A stretch of DNA of 64,000 bases from Candidatus Nanoarchaeia archaeon. GTDB taxonomy: Archaea; Nanobdellota; Nanobdellia; CSSed11-243R1. A model generated the notes under the pieces. The model was not told where the DNA came from. It did not search any database and worked only from the letters and a program-made list of their open reading frames with translations. Numbering within the stretch: the first letter of the stretch is position 1; every line of letters starts with the position of its first letter. Position numbers and translations under genes: made by a program. Location of the stretch: positions 886,610 through 950,609 of the forward strand of contig JAQTNH010000001.1 of the NCBI GenBank assembly GCA_028713895.1, in the 5' to 3' direction. Of this stretch, positions 9,530-19,276 are shown piece after piece.

Positions 9530-10525
9530 ATGGATTTTTGTAAGGACAAGATTGCAATCATCCACCACAATGATGGTGACGGGATTTGTTCTGCTGCGAT
9601 TTTTGCGCTCACTCTCAAGAAGCTTGAAAATTTTCCTGTGCTGATTCATGCGCCTGAGCATGTTGACATTGAAGCGGATACAAAAAAGAAAATTGCGGAC
9701 AGCAGGGCAACGCATGTGGTAATCCTTGACATTCCCATAGAGCGCCTTGAAAACATCGGAATGCCGACGCTGATTATTGACCACCACCCGCGCACAAAAC
9801 GGATTGAACTGGACGGGGAAATACACCATATCACAACAAACTGTGCGTCCTATCTCACGTATGAATTCTGCAAACAAATAACTGACATTGAGGATTTGTC
9901 GTGGATAGCTGCAATCGGCTGCTTGAGCGACAAGGACAATGAGGGGTTTGAGAAGCTCGCGCCTCTGGTTGAGAAGACAAGCAGCCTGGACAGGAATATC
10001 CTGCAGAAAATGATGGGCTTTATCTCATCGGCAAAAGTGCTTGGAAGCGAGGGAATCGCGTGCGGAGTAAATGCGCTGGTTGAAGCTTCCACGATGGGTA
10101 TTGAAACAGCCGTATTAGGAAGCACCCCTAATGCGCAGAAACTCAAGGAGCTTAGGTTCATGTCGCGCAAAGAGCGGGATTACTGGCTGCTGTTCCACAA
10201 GGATTATGCGCTGATAAAAGACAAAATGATATATTACAAAATCAGAAGCAGGCTGCCGATTCAGAGCTATCTTGCAGGCACGCTTTCAAATTTTTATCCG
10301 AGCCATGTATGCTTTGTTACAAATGACAATACTGTGAATGAGTTCAGGACAATCGAGTGCAGGACAAAACTTGAGGGGATAAACCTTGGACAGATGCTCC
10401 GCCATATTGCAGAAGAACTTGGAGGCAGCGGCGGGGGCCTGGATTACGCTGCAGGAACAAAGATACCCGCAGCTAAAGAAGCTGAGTTCATCAAAAAGTG
10501 CGAAGAATTAACAAAGGATATCTAA
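9530..10525 (+). CDS. DHH-family phosphoesterase (RecJ-like fold)
   Basis: IIHHNDGDGICSA (DxD motif) and LIIDHHP (DHH motif). Confidence 0.7.
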   Translation: MDFCKDKIAIIHHNDGDGICSAAIFALTLKKLENFPVLIHAPEHVDIEADTKKKIADSRATHVVILDIPIERLENIGMPTLIIDHHPRTKRIELDGEIHHITTNCASYLTYEFCKQITDIEDLSWIAAIGCLSDKDNEGFEKLAPLVEKTSSLDRNILQKMMGFISSAKVLGSEGIACGVNALVEASTMGIETAVLGSTPNAQKLKELRFMSRKERDYWLLFHKDYALIKDKMIYYKIRSRLPIQSYLAGTLSNFYPSHVCFVTNDNTVNEFRTIECRTKLEGINLGQMLRHIAEELGGSGGGLDYAAGTKIPAAKEAEFIKKCEELTKDI

Positions 10526-11427
10526 GCTTCTGCTGAAATCTTTTCTTTTACTGCTTTTATTGCATCCTGCAAGTCAAGCCCAGCGCCCAAACCTATGCCT
10601 GTGCCCATGCCTTCGCCCAGCTTGTCCATTATTCCTGCGAACTGCATTGGAAGAACAATCTTTGTTGCGCTGCCCTTTGACATCTCTTCAAGAGCCTTTA
10701 TGTAAAGGTACATGATTGCACGGTCGTCCATGGACTTTGCGCCTGCGCCGATTGCTTCCATGACAATTTTCTTCGCCTCTGCCTTGAACTTTGCCGCCTG
10801 CATGTACTGGGATTCAATCTCCTTTTGCTGCATTGCAACTGCTATCTCATCAGGAGGCATTATCCCGCGCAGCTGAACCATAGGGACGTCAATTCCCCAC
10901 TGCCATGTTGCGTGGCGGATTTTGTCAGCCAAAATGTCGTTCAAGTCATCAAGCTTTGAGAAAACCTGGCGCATGCTCATTGAAGCTATAAGGTTCCTTG
11001 TTTCAGACTTCATCATGTCGCTCAAGCCAATCATGTAATTGTCAATCTTAAGAAGGGCTTTGCTTGGGTCAGTTATCCTGTAATAGATGACGCCATCAAT
11101 CTTGAGGCGCAAATCATCGCTTGTAAATGCAACCGGCACGAAAAGCTCTGCTGTCTTTGTACGGATGTCAATGCGCTGGAATTCCTTTTCAAAGAAAGGA
11201 ATGAACAGCGTCCAGCCCGGGCCTCCGATTCTGTTGAATTTTCCAAAGCGGAATATTATTGCCCGTTCGGTTTCATCATATTTCTTTATGAATAATTTGA
11301 AGAATATCACGACAACAATCGCCGCAAGCAGGAGATATGTGATAATGCGGACTGCAGGCAGGTAGATATAAGCGACTATGAATGCCGCAACAAGCCCAAC
11401 CAGCAATATCCAAATTCCGTTTTCCAT
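10522..11427 (-). CDS. SPFH/band-7 (stomatin/prohibitin-like) membrane protein
   Basis: N-terminal TM helices, then an ERAIIFRFGKF...GPGW..IPFFE SPFH core and an Ala/Glu-rich coiled coil. Confidence 0.8.
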   Translation of the reverse strand: MENGIWILLVGLVAAFIVAYIYLPAVRIITYLLLAAIVVVIFFKLFIKKYDETERAIIFRFGKFNRIGGPGWTLFIPFFEKEFQRIDIRTKTAELFVPVAFTSDDLRLKIDGVIYYRITDPSKALLKIDNYMIGLSDMMKSETRNLIASMSMRQVFSKLDDLNDILADKIRHATWQWGIDVPMVQLRGIMPPDEIAVAMQQKEIESQYMQAAKFKAEAKKIVMEAIGAGAKSMDDRAIMYLYIKALEEMSKGSATKIVLPMQFAGIMDKLGEGMGTGIGLGAGLDLQDAIKAVKEKISAEA

Positions 11428-11512
11428 ACGTTAAAGTGAAAGAAACGCTGATTAATAAACATTATTCTAAGAAAAGAAAGGCTTAAAAATGGTGAAACTT
11501 CTTGTTTAATCT

Positions 11513-11704
11513 ATGGGAAGAATAAGAACAACGTACGTCAAAAGGATGACAAGGAAGATAATTGAACATTTTCCAGACAGATTTACAAAGGAATTCAGCA
11601 AAAACAAGGCATTACTGAAAGAAGTTACAGAAACGCCTTCAAAACAGCTTAGGAACAAGATTGCCGGAAGCATTACGCGAACCCTTAAGACACAGAAAGA
11701 ATAG
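11513..11704 (+). CDS. rps17e: ribosomal protein eS17
   Basis: MGRIRTTYVKRMTRKIIEHFPDRFTKEF...LRNKIAGSITR matches archaeal S17e. Confidence 0.85.
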   Translation: MGRIRTTYVKRMTRKIIEHFPDRFTKEFSKNKALLKEVTETPSKQLRNKIAGSITRTLKTQKE

Positions 11705-11728
11705 TCGTGAAGCTGAATCTAATACTCT

Positions 11729-12031
11729 ATGACGCAGAATCGGAGGATTGATAACATGGTTGAAGACAGCGTTGTATTTATCGGAAAAAAACCTTTTATG
11801 AACTATGTGACAGGTGTTGTCATGCAGTTTAATTCGGGAGTCAAAAAGGTTACAATAAAGGCACGCGGAAAGTACATTAGCAGAGCAGTTGACGTTGCAG
11901 AGGTTGTGCGAAACAGGTTCGTGCAGGATGTCAAACTCAACGGCATTAAAATCGCCTCAGAAGAGTTTGATGCTGAAGACGGCAAAAAGATAAGAATTTC
12001 TACAATTGAAGTAACACTTGCAAAAGACTGA
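11729..12031 (+). CDS. albA: Alba DNA/RNA-binding protein
   Basis: VFIGKKPFMNYVTGVVMQFNSG..VTIKARGKYISRAVDVAEVVRNRF; true start probably the ATG at 11756. Confidence 0.85.
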   Translation: MTQNRRIDNMVEDSVVFIGKKPFMNYVTGVVMQFNSGVKKVTIKARGKYISRAVDVAEVVRNRFVQDVKLNGIKIASEEFDAEDGKKIRISTIEVTLAKD

Positions 12032-12049
12032 TTCTTTTGCAGTTATTTT

Positions 12050-12334
12050 TTATTTTTTAAAATCATATTTCTTTCGCAGGGCAAGAATCGCAAGCCCGTA
12101 CTTCTCTATGTCTGCCTTAGAATAGAATTTTTCAATGTCTTTTGTGTTGAACTTATACAGGACTTCGCAGTCCAGTTCGCGGCCGGTAAGCTTGTCTGTT
12201 CCCTGCTCCTGCTCTTTCAGAACAAGCGTATCTCCGGGCTTTGACTCAAAATCAGCAAGTCTGACTTCAAAGCGCTTCCTGCCGTCTGCTACTGCATCAA
12301 AATATTCCTTTTGCACTTTCTTTTCAATCCTCAT
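12050..12334 (-). CDS. ASCH/DUF3850-like protein
   Basis: KEYFDAVADGRKRFEVRLADF..PGDTLVLKE resembles the DUF3850 (ASCH-fold) signature. Confidence 0.55.
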   Translation of the reverse strand: MRIEKKVQKEYFDAVADGRKRFEVRLADFESKPGDTLVLKEQEQGTDKLTGRELDCEVLYKFNTKDIEKFYSKADIEKYGLAILALRKKYDFKK

Positions 12335-12366
12335 AGCCCTCTTTAATTCACGAACATTTATAAAAG

Positions 12367-13320
12367 TTGTTCGATTTCTTATTGTTTATGCCAATTATTC
12401 AGGGAATCGCGTTTACAGAGGAGCTTTTGATTAAGCTGATTGATGATGTGCGCGAGAAAAAAGAGCTCGGTCCGGTAGAGCGCAACATTGTGCGCGAACT
12501 TCTTGTCAAGGAACTCCAGTCAAACAAGAAACTTGTCATATTCCTGGCTGAACACGAACTGCGGACAGTTGACCGCGCCTCGAAATACAAGGAGCTCCTG
12601 AAGAATGTCCGCGCAAAACTGCGAAAGGCATACGGCATGTTCCAGATAGAGGGCGAGCGGGACAAGTGGGAAGCGCTTGAAGACTTGAAAAAAGCGATTG
12701 CAAAGAAGCACAATGTCGAGGTGACTGAAGGCCTGCACAGGGAGCTGCTGAAGACGCACCTTTCTTCAAAAGAAAGGCTGGGGTATTATGATGACATATA
12801 CAAACAAATCTGGCAGGTTACAGGAAAACCGCGGATAGTCATAGACGTTGGCTGCGGACTGAACCCGATTTCATTCCCGTTCATGCGGCTTAACAAGGTG
12901 GACTACTACGCCTCGGAGCTGAATACGCAGGATGTTAATTTCCTGAATACTTATTTTAACATTATGGAAGAATTCGGCTTGTACGGCAAGGCAGTGCAGC
13001 AGGACCTGCGCGACATAATCACAAACCCTTACCTGTTCACGGTGTTTCCGCGGGCAGATGTCTGTTTCATGTTCAAGCTTTTTGACTCTGTAAAAGTGCT
13101 TGGAAAGCCAAAGACAATCGACGAAAAGCTGATTGAAAAAGTGCCTGCAAAATATGTTGTATGCAGCTTCTCGACGCAGACAATCGGGGCGCGAAGCATG
13201 AGAGTTGTGAAGCGCGACTGGGTTGAGAAACTGTGCATGCGCCACGGATGGGCATTCAAGAAGTTTGAAATAGAGAATGAAGTTTTCTATGTTATTGACA
13301 AACATGGTGTTGTTATTTGA
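12367..13320 (+). CDS. SAM-dependent methyltransferase, ArmA/Rmt (FmrO)-family-like
   Basis: LLKTHLSSKERLGYYDDIY...IVIDVGCGLNPISF, DVCFMFKLF, VVCSFSTQTIGARS and ENEVFYVI line up by eye with the ArmA/RmtB pattern as I recall it; likely start is the ATG at 12388. Confidence 0.55.
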   Translation: MFDFLLFMPIIQGIAFTEELLIKLIDDVREKKELGPVERNIVRELLVKELQSNKKLVIFLAEHELRTVDRASKYKELLKNVRAKLRKAYGMFQIEGERDKWEALEDLKKAIAKKHNVEVTEGLHRELLKTHLSSKERLGYYDDIYKQIWQVTGKPRIVIDVGCGLNPISFPFMRLNKVDYYASELNTQDVNFLNTYFNIMEEFGLYGKAVQQDLRDIITNPYLFTVFPRADVCFMFKLFDSVKVLGKPKTIDEKLIEKVPAKYVVCSFSTQTIGARSMRVVKRDWVEKLCMRHGWAFKKFEIENEVFYVIDKHGVVI

Positions 13321-14021
13321 AAAAACTAGTCTGCCTTATTGACCCTAGCTGGGATTACCATAAGCTGGTTAAAACAGTTAATAAGAACTGGGAATCCCTG
13401 AAAAGCAATGTTGAAGTGTGGGTCGGGTGCGTGTGGGATAACGGGGTAATGACGCACGATGTTCTTGACAGCCTGAAAATCCCAAAGGAAAACAAGTTCC
13501 TTTTTCCAGGCACAATAGGACAGGGAGTGCGCGCAGGAGGAGAAGTGACTGCTGTTTTTGTGCCGAAAGTCCTTGGACGCGGATTTTCTCTTAAGCGAAT
13601 GATTTTAAATCTGGCTGTAAAAGTTGGAGAACGGTTAATGAGGATATTGTACCCAAAAACAAAACTCATCCCATACCTTTATCTTGTGCTGAGCAAGGAA
13701 AGCAGGATTGGCGAGAAAGTTGATGCAAATAGGATTAGGGATGCAGAAGCGCTGAAACTGATTAAGGAAAATCTGAATGGATGCCATCATATTTACATTG
13801 AAGGCGGAAGCAATGCAAAGCACTCGGTTGCAGAACGCGCTGGACTGCTGAGAGAAATAAAGAAACAGTTTAATCTTCCGCTTTATGCCGGCGGAGGAAT
13901 ACGCAGCGCAAATGAGTTTACAGCAGTTGCAAAAGTTGCGGACAAAATCATTGTGGGGCATTATTTCGGAGAGAATCCTGAATCTGTGCTTGAGTTCAGC
14001 AAAATTCTACAAAAGAATTGA
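13317..14021 (+). CDS. GGGP synthase / PcrB-family prenyltransferase
   Basis: IYIEGGSNAK ... LYAGGGIRSANEF...ADKIIVG; TTGA overlap with the upstream gene. Confidence 0.6.
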   Translation: MKKLVCLIDPSWDYHKLVKTVNKNWESLKSNVEVWVGCVWDNGVMTHDVLDSLKIPKENKFLFPGTIGQGVRAGGEVTAVFVPKVLGRGFSLKRMILNLAVKVGERLMRILYPKTKLIPYLYLVLSKESRIGEKVDANRIRDAEALKLIKENLNGCHHIYIEGGSNAKHSVAERAGLLREIKKQFNLPLYAGGGIRSANEFTAVAKVADKIIVGHYFGENPESVLEFSKILQKN

Positions 14022-15014
14022 AAAGTATTTCTGGATGAGCGCGTCGATTTTCCTGTGCCTTGAAAAAAGCCTGTAATAGCGCCTCTTTATTTTTTTTGCA
14101 ATTATTTGCTCGACAGCGCGGATTACCGGAAGAATCTTCAATCGCTCAAGAGAGTTAAGGTAGTTCATGTTCCAGAGCATTGAGTTCTTTATGCCATTGT
14201 AGGCTGAGCCGTACTTCAGGATGCGGAGAATCAAAGGTGTGGGCTTGTGATTTGGAATGTCATCTTCGATATCATCTATATCGTCTATGCTTTCCTGCAT
14301 TGCCTTTGACAGGGTTTCTGCCCAGCGCAACAAGTCAGCCTGAGGGCAGCGAGGCATTGGGTCTGTTTCAAAGAATAATGTATAAAATGAATCAATAAGA
14401 AATGTGTAGATTACTGAAACCCGCGCATTAGTAAGGTGGCTGAGTGTTGTATCCTTTTCAAACTGCTGCCTGATATATGATTTTGCAAACTTTGCATCTC
14501 CTGCGCAAACCTTGTCGGCGAATTCAAGCTCCTGCCTGAGATATCCCAGCCCAGCAGCGACGGCATCATCAAACTCTTTTGCTATGCGTTTTCCTGTTTT
14601 TGTTTCGAGTTTCTTCAAAAGTTCGTTTGCAAGGCGCAGGTGCTCTTTTGCAAGATTCCCCAGTTCAGGCTCATCCTTCCCGATTTTTTTAAGAAGTTCG
14701 CCCAGGTTTTTCCATGAGTGTCCGACAACAACCCTGTCTGCGCCTTCATTGATTAAGTCAGCCCCAAGTATTGCATGCGCCTGGAATTTGAGGAACATAT
14801 CAAAGCTTTCGCGGTTATCATGGCGGATTTTAGGATTGAGCTGATTAATGAAAAGGTACTCTACCGCAAGAATATCAATGAGTTTGGTGTCGTGAAAATA
14901 GCGTTTTCCGAGAAACATAATATTCTGCTGCGCCATGTACTTCTTGAGCGCACTGAGCTGTATTTTTGCCTTAATCAGCTTAATGATATTGAGTGGATTG
15001 TATTGCTCGAACAT
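14007..15014 (-). CDS. hypothetical protein (ORF trimmed to the internal ATG)
   Basis: The track ORF runs to 15230 but its first 72 codons overlap the TatD start and are low-complexity; ATG at 15014 (MFEQYNPL) leaves a 43-nt divergent intergenic region. Confidence 0.45.
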   Translation of the reverse strand: MFEQYNPLNIIKLIKAKIQLSALKKYMAQQNIMFLGKRYFHDTKLIDILAVEYLFINQLNPKIRHDNRESFDMFLKFQAHAILGADLINEGADRVVVGHSWKNLGELLKKIGKDEPELGNLAKEHLRLANELLKKLETKTGKRIAKEFDDAVAAGLGYLRQELEFADKVCAGDAKFAKSYIRQQFEKDTTLSHLTNARVSVIYTFLIDSFYTLFFETDPMPRCPQADLLRWAETLSKAMQESIDDIDDIEDDIPNHKPTPLILRILKYGSAYNGIKNSMLWNMNYLNSLERLKILPVIRAVEQIIAKKIKRRYYRLFSRHRKIDALIQKYFSILL

Positions 15015-15057
15015 AGATTTAGAAATGTTTATTATTGTTATAAACCTTTTTGAGCGC

Positions 15058-15828
15058 ATGAAAGATGCTTTAACATATGCTGATGTACACGCACACATAA
15101 GCGAGGACATCTTTGATGCAGACAGGAAAAAAATACTTGATGAATGCAGGAAAAAAGGTATTTCCATAGTAAACTGTTCAGGGACTCCGGAAAGCAACCG
15201 CAAGGCGCTGAAGCTTGCAAAGGAGTTCAAGGAGCTGAATATATGCCTTGGAATCTATCCTATCCAGTGCGCTGAGATGAGCGACAGGGAATTCTTTAAT
15301 GAGCTCGAGTTCATAAAGCAAAATGCAGACAAATTAGCCGGAATAGGGGAGGTCGGGCTGGATTTTTACTGGATAAAGGATGATGAGAAAAGGCGGCGCG
15401 AAGTTGAGCGATTCAGGGAGATAATCTGGCTCGCAAACAAGGTGAAGCTTCCGCTGAATGTCCACACGCGCGATGCAACAGCAGAATCTGTGAGCCTCCT
15501 GGCGCAGTCAGCGCACGTCCCTGTTGTGCTGCATTCTTTTGTAGGAGAGCCTGCTGTTGCGGATGTTGCTGTAAAAAACGGGTTTTATTTTTCAATACCT
15601 GTCAATGTTATTTACAACAAAAAGCGCCAGAAGCTTGTTGAATCCCTGCCAATGGGCTGCATACTTACTGAAACAGACTGCCCGTATCTCGGGCCTGACC
15701 CAAAGAAGAGGAATGACCCTCTGAACATACCTCTTGGGGTCAAAAAAATAGCTGAGCTGAAGAATATCCATGAGGATGAAACGCGCAGGATAATACTTGA
15801 GAACGCGCGAAGAGTTTTCAGGATTTAG
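15058..15828 (+). CDS. tatD: TatD-family metal-dependent hydrolase/DNase
   Basis: YADVHAHI, GEVGLDFYW, LNVHTRDA, VLHSF, ETDCPYL motifs. Confidence 0.8.
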   Translation: MKDALTYADVHAHISEDIFDADRKKILDECRKKGISIVNCSGTPESNRKALKLAKEFKELNICLGIYPIQCAEMSDREFFNELEFIKQNADKLAGIGEVGLDFYWIKDDEKRRREVERFREIIWLANKVKLPLNVHTRDATAESVSLLAQSAHVPVVLHSFVGEPAVADVAVKNGFYFSIPVNVIYNKKRQKLVESLPMGCILTETDCPYLGPDPKKRNDPLNIPLGVKKIAELKNIHEDETRRIILENARRVFRI

Positions 15829-16162
15829 TTTTTATTATGTGTTTTTGGAAGATGTCTGAATTCCAGCAGGAATCCCTGTCATCGTATAATATGCCGTCTA
15901 TAGTTGTTGTTTCAGCCACACCCTCAAGACCGCATATGTTGTCTACAATATACTGCCCTAAAGTCATGGGTTTGTAAGAATTCTTTTTCCCTACCCTTGT
16001 AAGCATATATGAATCGTTTTCATTTATTACAACCTTTGCGATTAAGTCGTATTCCCCAAAAAGAGGAAGCACCTCTGTTACACGCCTTAACCCTAACAGC
16101 ATTGAGTAAACATCTTTTTCAGCGCCAGGTTGCGTCTTAATCAGCACGTGTCCGAATACCAT
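15818..16162 (-). CDS. stand-alone Lrp/AsnC-type ligand-binding (RAM) domain protein
   Basis: VLIKTQPGAEKDVYSMLLGLRRVTEVLPLFGEYDLIAKVV ... LEGVAETTTI; no HTH. Confidence 0.5.
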   Translation of the reverse strand: MVFGHVLIKTQPGAEKDVYSMLLGLRRVTEVLPLFGEYDLIAKVVINENDSYMLTRVGKKNSYKPMTLGQYIVDNICGLEGVAETTTIDGILYDDRDSCWNSDIFQKHIIKTKS

Positions 16163-16213
16163 GGGTTCATACCTTCATTTGCAACATAATAACTCAAAAA
16201 TAAAAAAGAGAAA

Positions 16214-17203
16214 TTATTTTTTCTCGACTTTGGGGAACCCGCGCTTTGCTCCCCACTCAAATGGGGCCTGTCTCCATTCTTTCAGCATTTCATGCTGCTC
16301 TGGTTTTATTGCGCCAGTCTCTATTGCACCCTCAAGCAATTGTTCGTATCCAAGCGCTGCCCTGAAATTGCAGTTAATGTCGCTGAATTTCTTCAGGGAC
16401 TCTGGAAAGTCATATGAGAATATTGCTGCGCAATACGCCACTGTAGCTCCAGCTGCCCTGAACGTCTGAATCTCTTCAATGCAGCTTCCGCCTGTGCTTA
16501 CGAGGTCTTCGATGTGTAAAATAGTCTTACCATCAAGTTTGGGGACAATGAGTTTTGCTGAGATATCCTCGGAAAGCACATCCTTTACAAGAGCCTTTTT
16601 CTCTTCAAGCGCTGCTTTTGCCTTGTCTGCATAGCTCGTGCCTTTGTAGAAATCAACCAGGAGGATGTTATCAGATTCATCAACAATCCCTTCTATCTGC
16701 TGCTGCAAGCCGTGGCTTTTTGGTTTTTCCCGTGCGTATGCAAATGACACTTCTTTGTCGTTTGCGGCAAAAACAGCAGGTATTATTGCGTGCGGACAGG
16801 TGCTTGCAATCGCATTGTAGTATTTGTCGTGCAGTTTATCAACTATCTTCGCTGTTAATGAACGGACAAATTCAGGCGAGTACTCGCATATTGTGTTGTT
16901 GTCTATTATTAAAAGCGGAACATTGAGCAGCTGCGCAAGGCTTGCTGCCGGAGCAATCCCTGCAGTGGATGTCCCTGAAACCGCGTCTACACTAATATTG
17001 TTCTTAATTATGATATCATAAAATGCGCCGGTTATCATTTTCCTGTTCGCAGGATAATGCAGATGTTTCCGGTTGTCGTTGTAAATCGGCATCCTGAAAC
17101 CAGAGGCCCATGTGTAGGGGTCATCAGGTTTTAATGTTATTGCGCCTATGCCCAAGGCTGCTTTTGAGATTTCTTTTGCATAATCTACTGCCATGTCAAT
17201 CAC
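16214..17203 (-). CDS. pyrE: orotate phosphoribosyltransferase with internal insertions
   Basis: PYTWASGFRMPIYNDNR, SGTSTAGIAPAA, REKPKSHGLQQQIEG, ILHIEDLVSTGGS; 329 aa versus about 200 aa expected. Confidence 0.7.
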   Translation of the reverse strand: MIDMAVDYAKEISKAALGIGAITLKPDDPYTWASGFRMPIYNDNRKHLHYPANRKMITGAFYDIIIKNNISVDAVSGTSTAGIAPAASLAQLLNVPLLIIDNNTICEYSPEFVRSLTAKIVDKLHDKYYNAIASTCPHAIIPAVFAANDKEVSFAYAREKPKSHGLQQQIEGIVDESDNILLVDFYKGTSYADKAKAALEEKKALVKDVLSEDISAKLIVPKLDGKTILHIEDLVSTGGSCIEEIQTFRAAGATVAYCAAIFSYDFPESLKKFSDINCNFRAALGYEQLLEGAIETGAIKPEQHEMLKEWRQAPFEWGAKRGFPKVEKK

Positions 17204-18060
17204 CTTTTCTCCGTTTTGTATGCCGCGACTTTTTCCATATAGTCTTTTGCTGACTCTGCTGGAGTCATCTTTCTTACATCAGGGGCATTTACGATGTCTC
17301 TGCCAACAATCAAGAACTTGTTACCTAGTATGCTGTAAACATCGCTGCTTCCAAGCTGAGCAACGCCTATGCCCGGATGGCCATACCATAATTCAGGACC
17401 TGTAATACTCCTTAATGATTTGATTACCTCTGGCTTGTTTCCTGGCGCGATTATTGCATCAGTTCCAAGATAATTTGCAACCGCAGCATTAAACTGGCCA
17501 ATGGTTGCATTTTGCGCCAGAAGCTCCTCCAGTTTTATCGCTTTAATAAACGCATCAGGTCCTTTTTTAAGTGCTTCAGAATAATCTGCCACTTCCTTGA
17601 CTTTTTCTGCTCTTTTAAATTCTTCGCGCACTCTTGATTCAATTCCTTTATCGATTGGTGCGCCATAAAGAATTGCTGCCCCAGGCTGTGTCATGTCACA
17701 AACGCCAAGAGCAATCATCTCATGATTGTGTGCTTCCTGTACGCATGCTTCTGCGCTAAAAATACCAGTGAAAAGCTGGTAAATGATTCCAGATGCCCCT
17801 TTTTGGGCATATGCTTGGATCTTAAGTCTATTTGTATTTGGAATGTCAGCAAGTTTTACATCAGCAATTATTTTGCTGTCTGGAAACTCTTTTTTAATTT
17901 CATAAATGATGCCCTCTTTAAAAAAGTCTTCATGAACCTTAATTGCGTCAACGTATGGATAAACTTCGCCGATTACCCGCATAATCTCGGTTTTGTCAGG
18001 TTTATCAGCTGCAACAACAACACCCTTTGAAAAATCCATCTTCATCAAAAACACCCCCAA
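17200..18060 (-). CDS. pyrF: orotidine-5'-phosphate decarboxylase
   Basis: IIADVKLADIPNT (DxKxxDIxxT); 4-nt overlap with pyrE. Confidence 0.7.
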   Translation of the reverse strand: MGVFLMKMDFSKGVVVAADKPDKTEIMRVIGEVYPYVDAIKVHEDFFKEGIIYEIKKEFPDSKIIADVKLADIPNTNRLKIQAYAQKGASGIIYQLFTGIFSAEACVQEAHNHEMIALGVCDMTQPGAAILYGAPIDKGIESRVREEFKRAEKVKEVADYSEALKKGPDAFIKAIKLEELLAQNATIGQFNAAVANYLGTDAIIAPGNKPEVIKSLRSITGPELWYGHPGIGVAQLGSSDVYSILGNKFLIVGRDIVNAPDVRKMTPAESAKDYMEKVAAYKTEKR

Positions 18061-18202
18061 TATAATTTAATTTTCTAAACAGTTTTGGGTATAAAATACT
18101 ATGTCACAAAGAAACAGTGACGGGAATCAGAAATTTATGCCCAGAAGAGTTTTTGTATCCTTAATGTCAGAAAGCGAATCATAGATTCCATCTGTTTTGG
18201 AC

Positions 18203-18472
18203 TTAATCAAAACGTATGATCTTACCGTTTTCATCAAACTCCGTAGTCATGTTTATCTGGGCATCCATAACCCCTTCTATTGAACATATTTTTTCAAGCA
18301 CGAAATCCCTGACAACAGTGCTGTTTGGCAAATCATCAGTCACCACAATCAAATCAGGCAGGGGGTTCTCTATCCTGTAAACATCCTTTATCCCATCCAA
18401 TCGCTTAAGCATTGACTCAACATAGTCATGTCTTGAGGGCTTTGTGTCAATGTGGATATATCCGACAACCAT
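18203..18472 (-). CDS. stand-alone RAM-domain protein
   Basis: YIHIDTKPSRHDYVESMLKRLDGIKDVYRI...IEGVMDAQINM; same architecture as 15818..16162. Confidence 0.5.
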   Translation of the reverse strand: MVVGYIHIDTKPSRHDYVESMLKRLDGIKDVYRIENPLPDLIVVTDDLPNSTVVRDFVLEKICSIEGVMDAQINMTTEFDENGKIIRFD

Positions 18473-18562
18473 GTTATAACTCTGATAAAAGAGATATAAA
18501 AAGATTTTGTCACTGCCAGAGTAAACTTTAAAGGTAATTAAAATCTATTCTAAACAGGTGAA

Positions 18563-19276
18563 GTGATGCTAGAACCAGTAATAGAACTCAAAAATGTCTG
18601 GAAAATCTATGAAATGGACAAAGTAAAGGTTACTGCGCTTGAAGATGTTTCTTTAAAAATTTACAAGGGCGATTTTATCTGCATAATCGGGCCGAGCGGC
18701 TCAGGAAAATCAACCCTGATGCACATCATGGGCACTCTGGACAGGCCAACAAAAGGAAAAATGATTCTTAACAACAAGGACATATCCAGTTACAGTGAGA
18801 GCGAGCTTGCACAGGTAAGGGGCAAGGAAATCGGGTTTGTTTTCCAGCAATTCAACCTTATTCCGACGCTTACTGCAAGCGAAAATGTGGAGCTCCCGAT
18901 GATATTTCAGAACATTCCGGGCGATGAACGAAAGAAAAAGGCAAAAGACCTTCTTAATCAGGTCGGGCTTTCGCACCGCATGGAACACCTTCCGAACGAA
19001 ATGAGCGGAGGGGAGCGGCAGAGGGTGGCGATTGCGCGCGCACTTGCAAATGACCCGCTTGTTGTGTTTGCAGACGAGCCAACCGGGAATCTGGACTCAA
19101 AAACAGGAAAGGAAATCATGCTGCTCCTGTCGCACCTGAGCGAAAAGCACGGCAAAACACTTGTGATAGTCACGCATGACTCTGATTTAGCAGAGGGCAT
19201 AGACAAAAAAATAAGGATAAAGGACGGAAGAATAGTGGAAGTAACAAGAGACGGAAAAACGGAGGTAACACGATGA
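18563..19276 (+). CDS. ABC transporter ATP-binding protein (MacB/LolD type)
   Basis: GPSGSGKST, LSGGERQRVAIARAL, VVFADEPTGNLD. Confidence 0.9.
   Translation: MMLEPVIELKNVWKIYEMDKVKVTALEDVSLKIYKGDFICIIGPSGSGKSTLMHIMGTLDRPTKGKMILNNKDISSYSESELAQVRGKEIGFVFQQFNLIPTLTASENVELPMIFQNIPGDERKKKAKDLLNQVGLSHRMEHLPNEMSGGERQRVAIARALANDPLVVFADEPTGNLDSKTGKEIMLLLSHLSEKHGKTLVIVTHDSDLAEGIDKKIRIKDGRIVEVTRDGKTEVTR

Noticed and set aside
15015-15230. N-terminal 72 codons of track ORF 14007..15230
   Set aside because: This part overlaps the well-supported TatD start on the other strand and is low-complexity (S/F/L-rich). The internal ATG at 15014 gives a sensible divergent arrangement.
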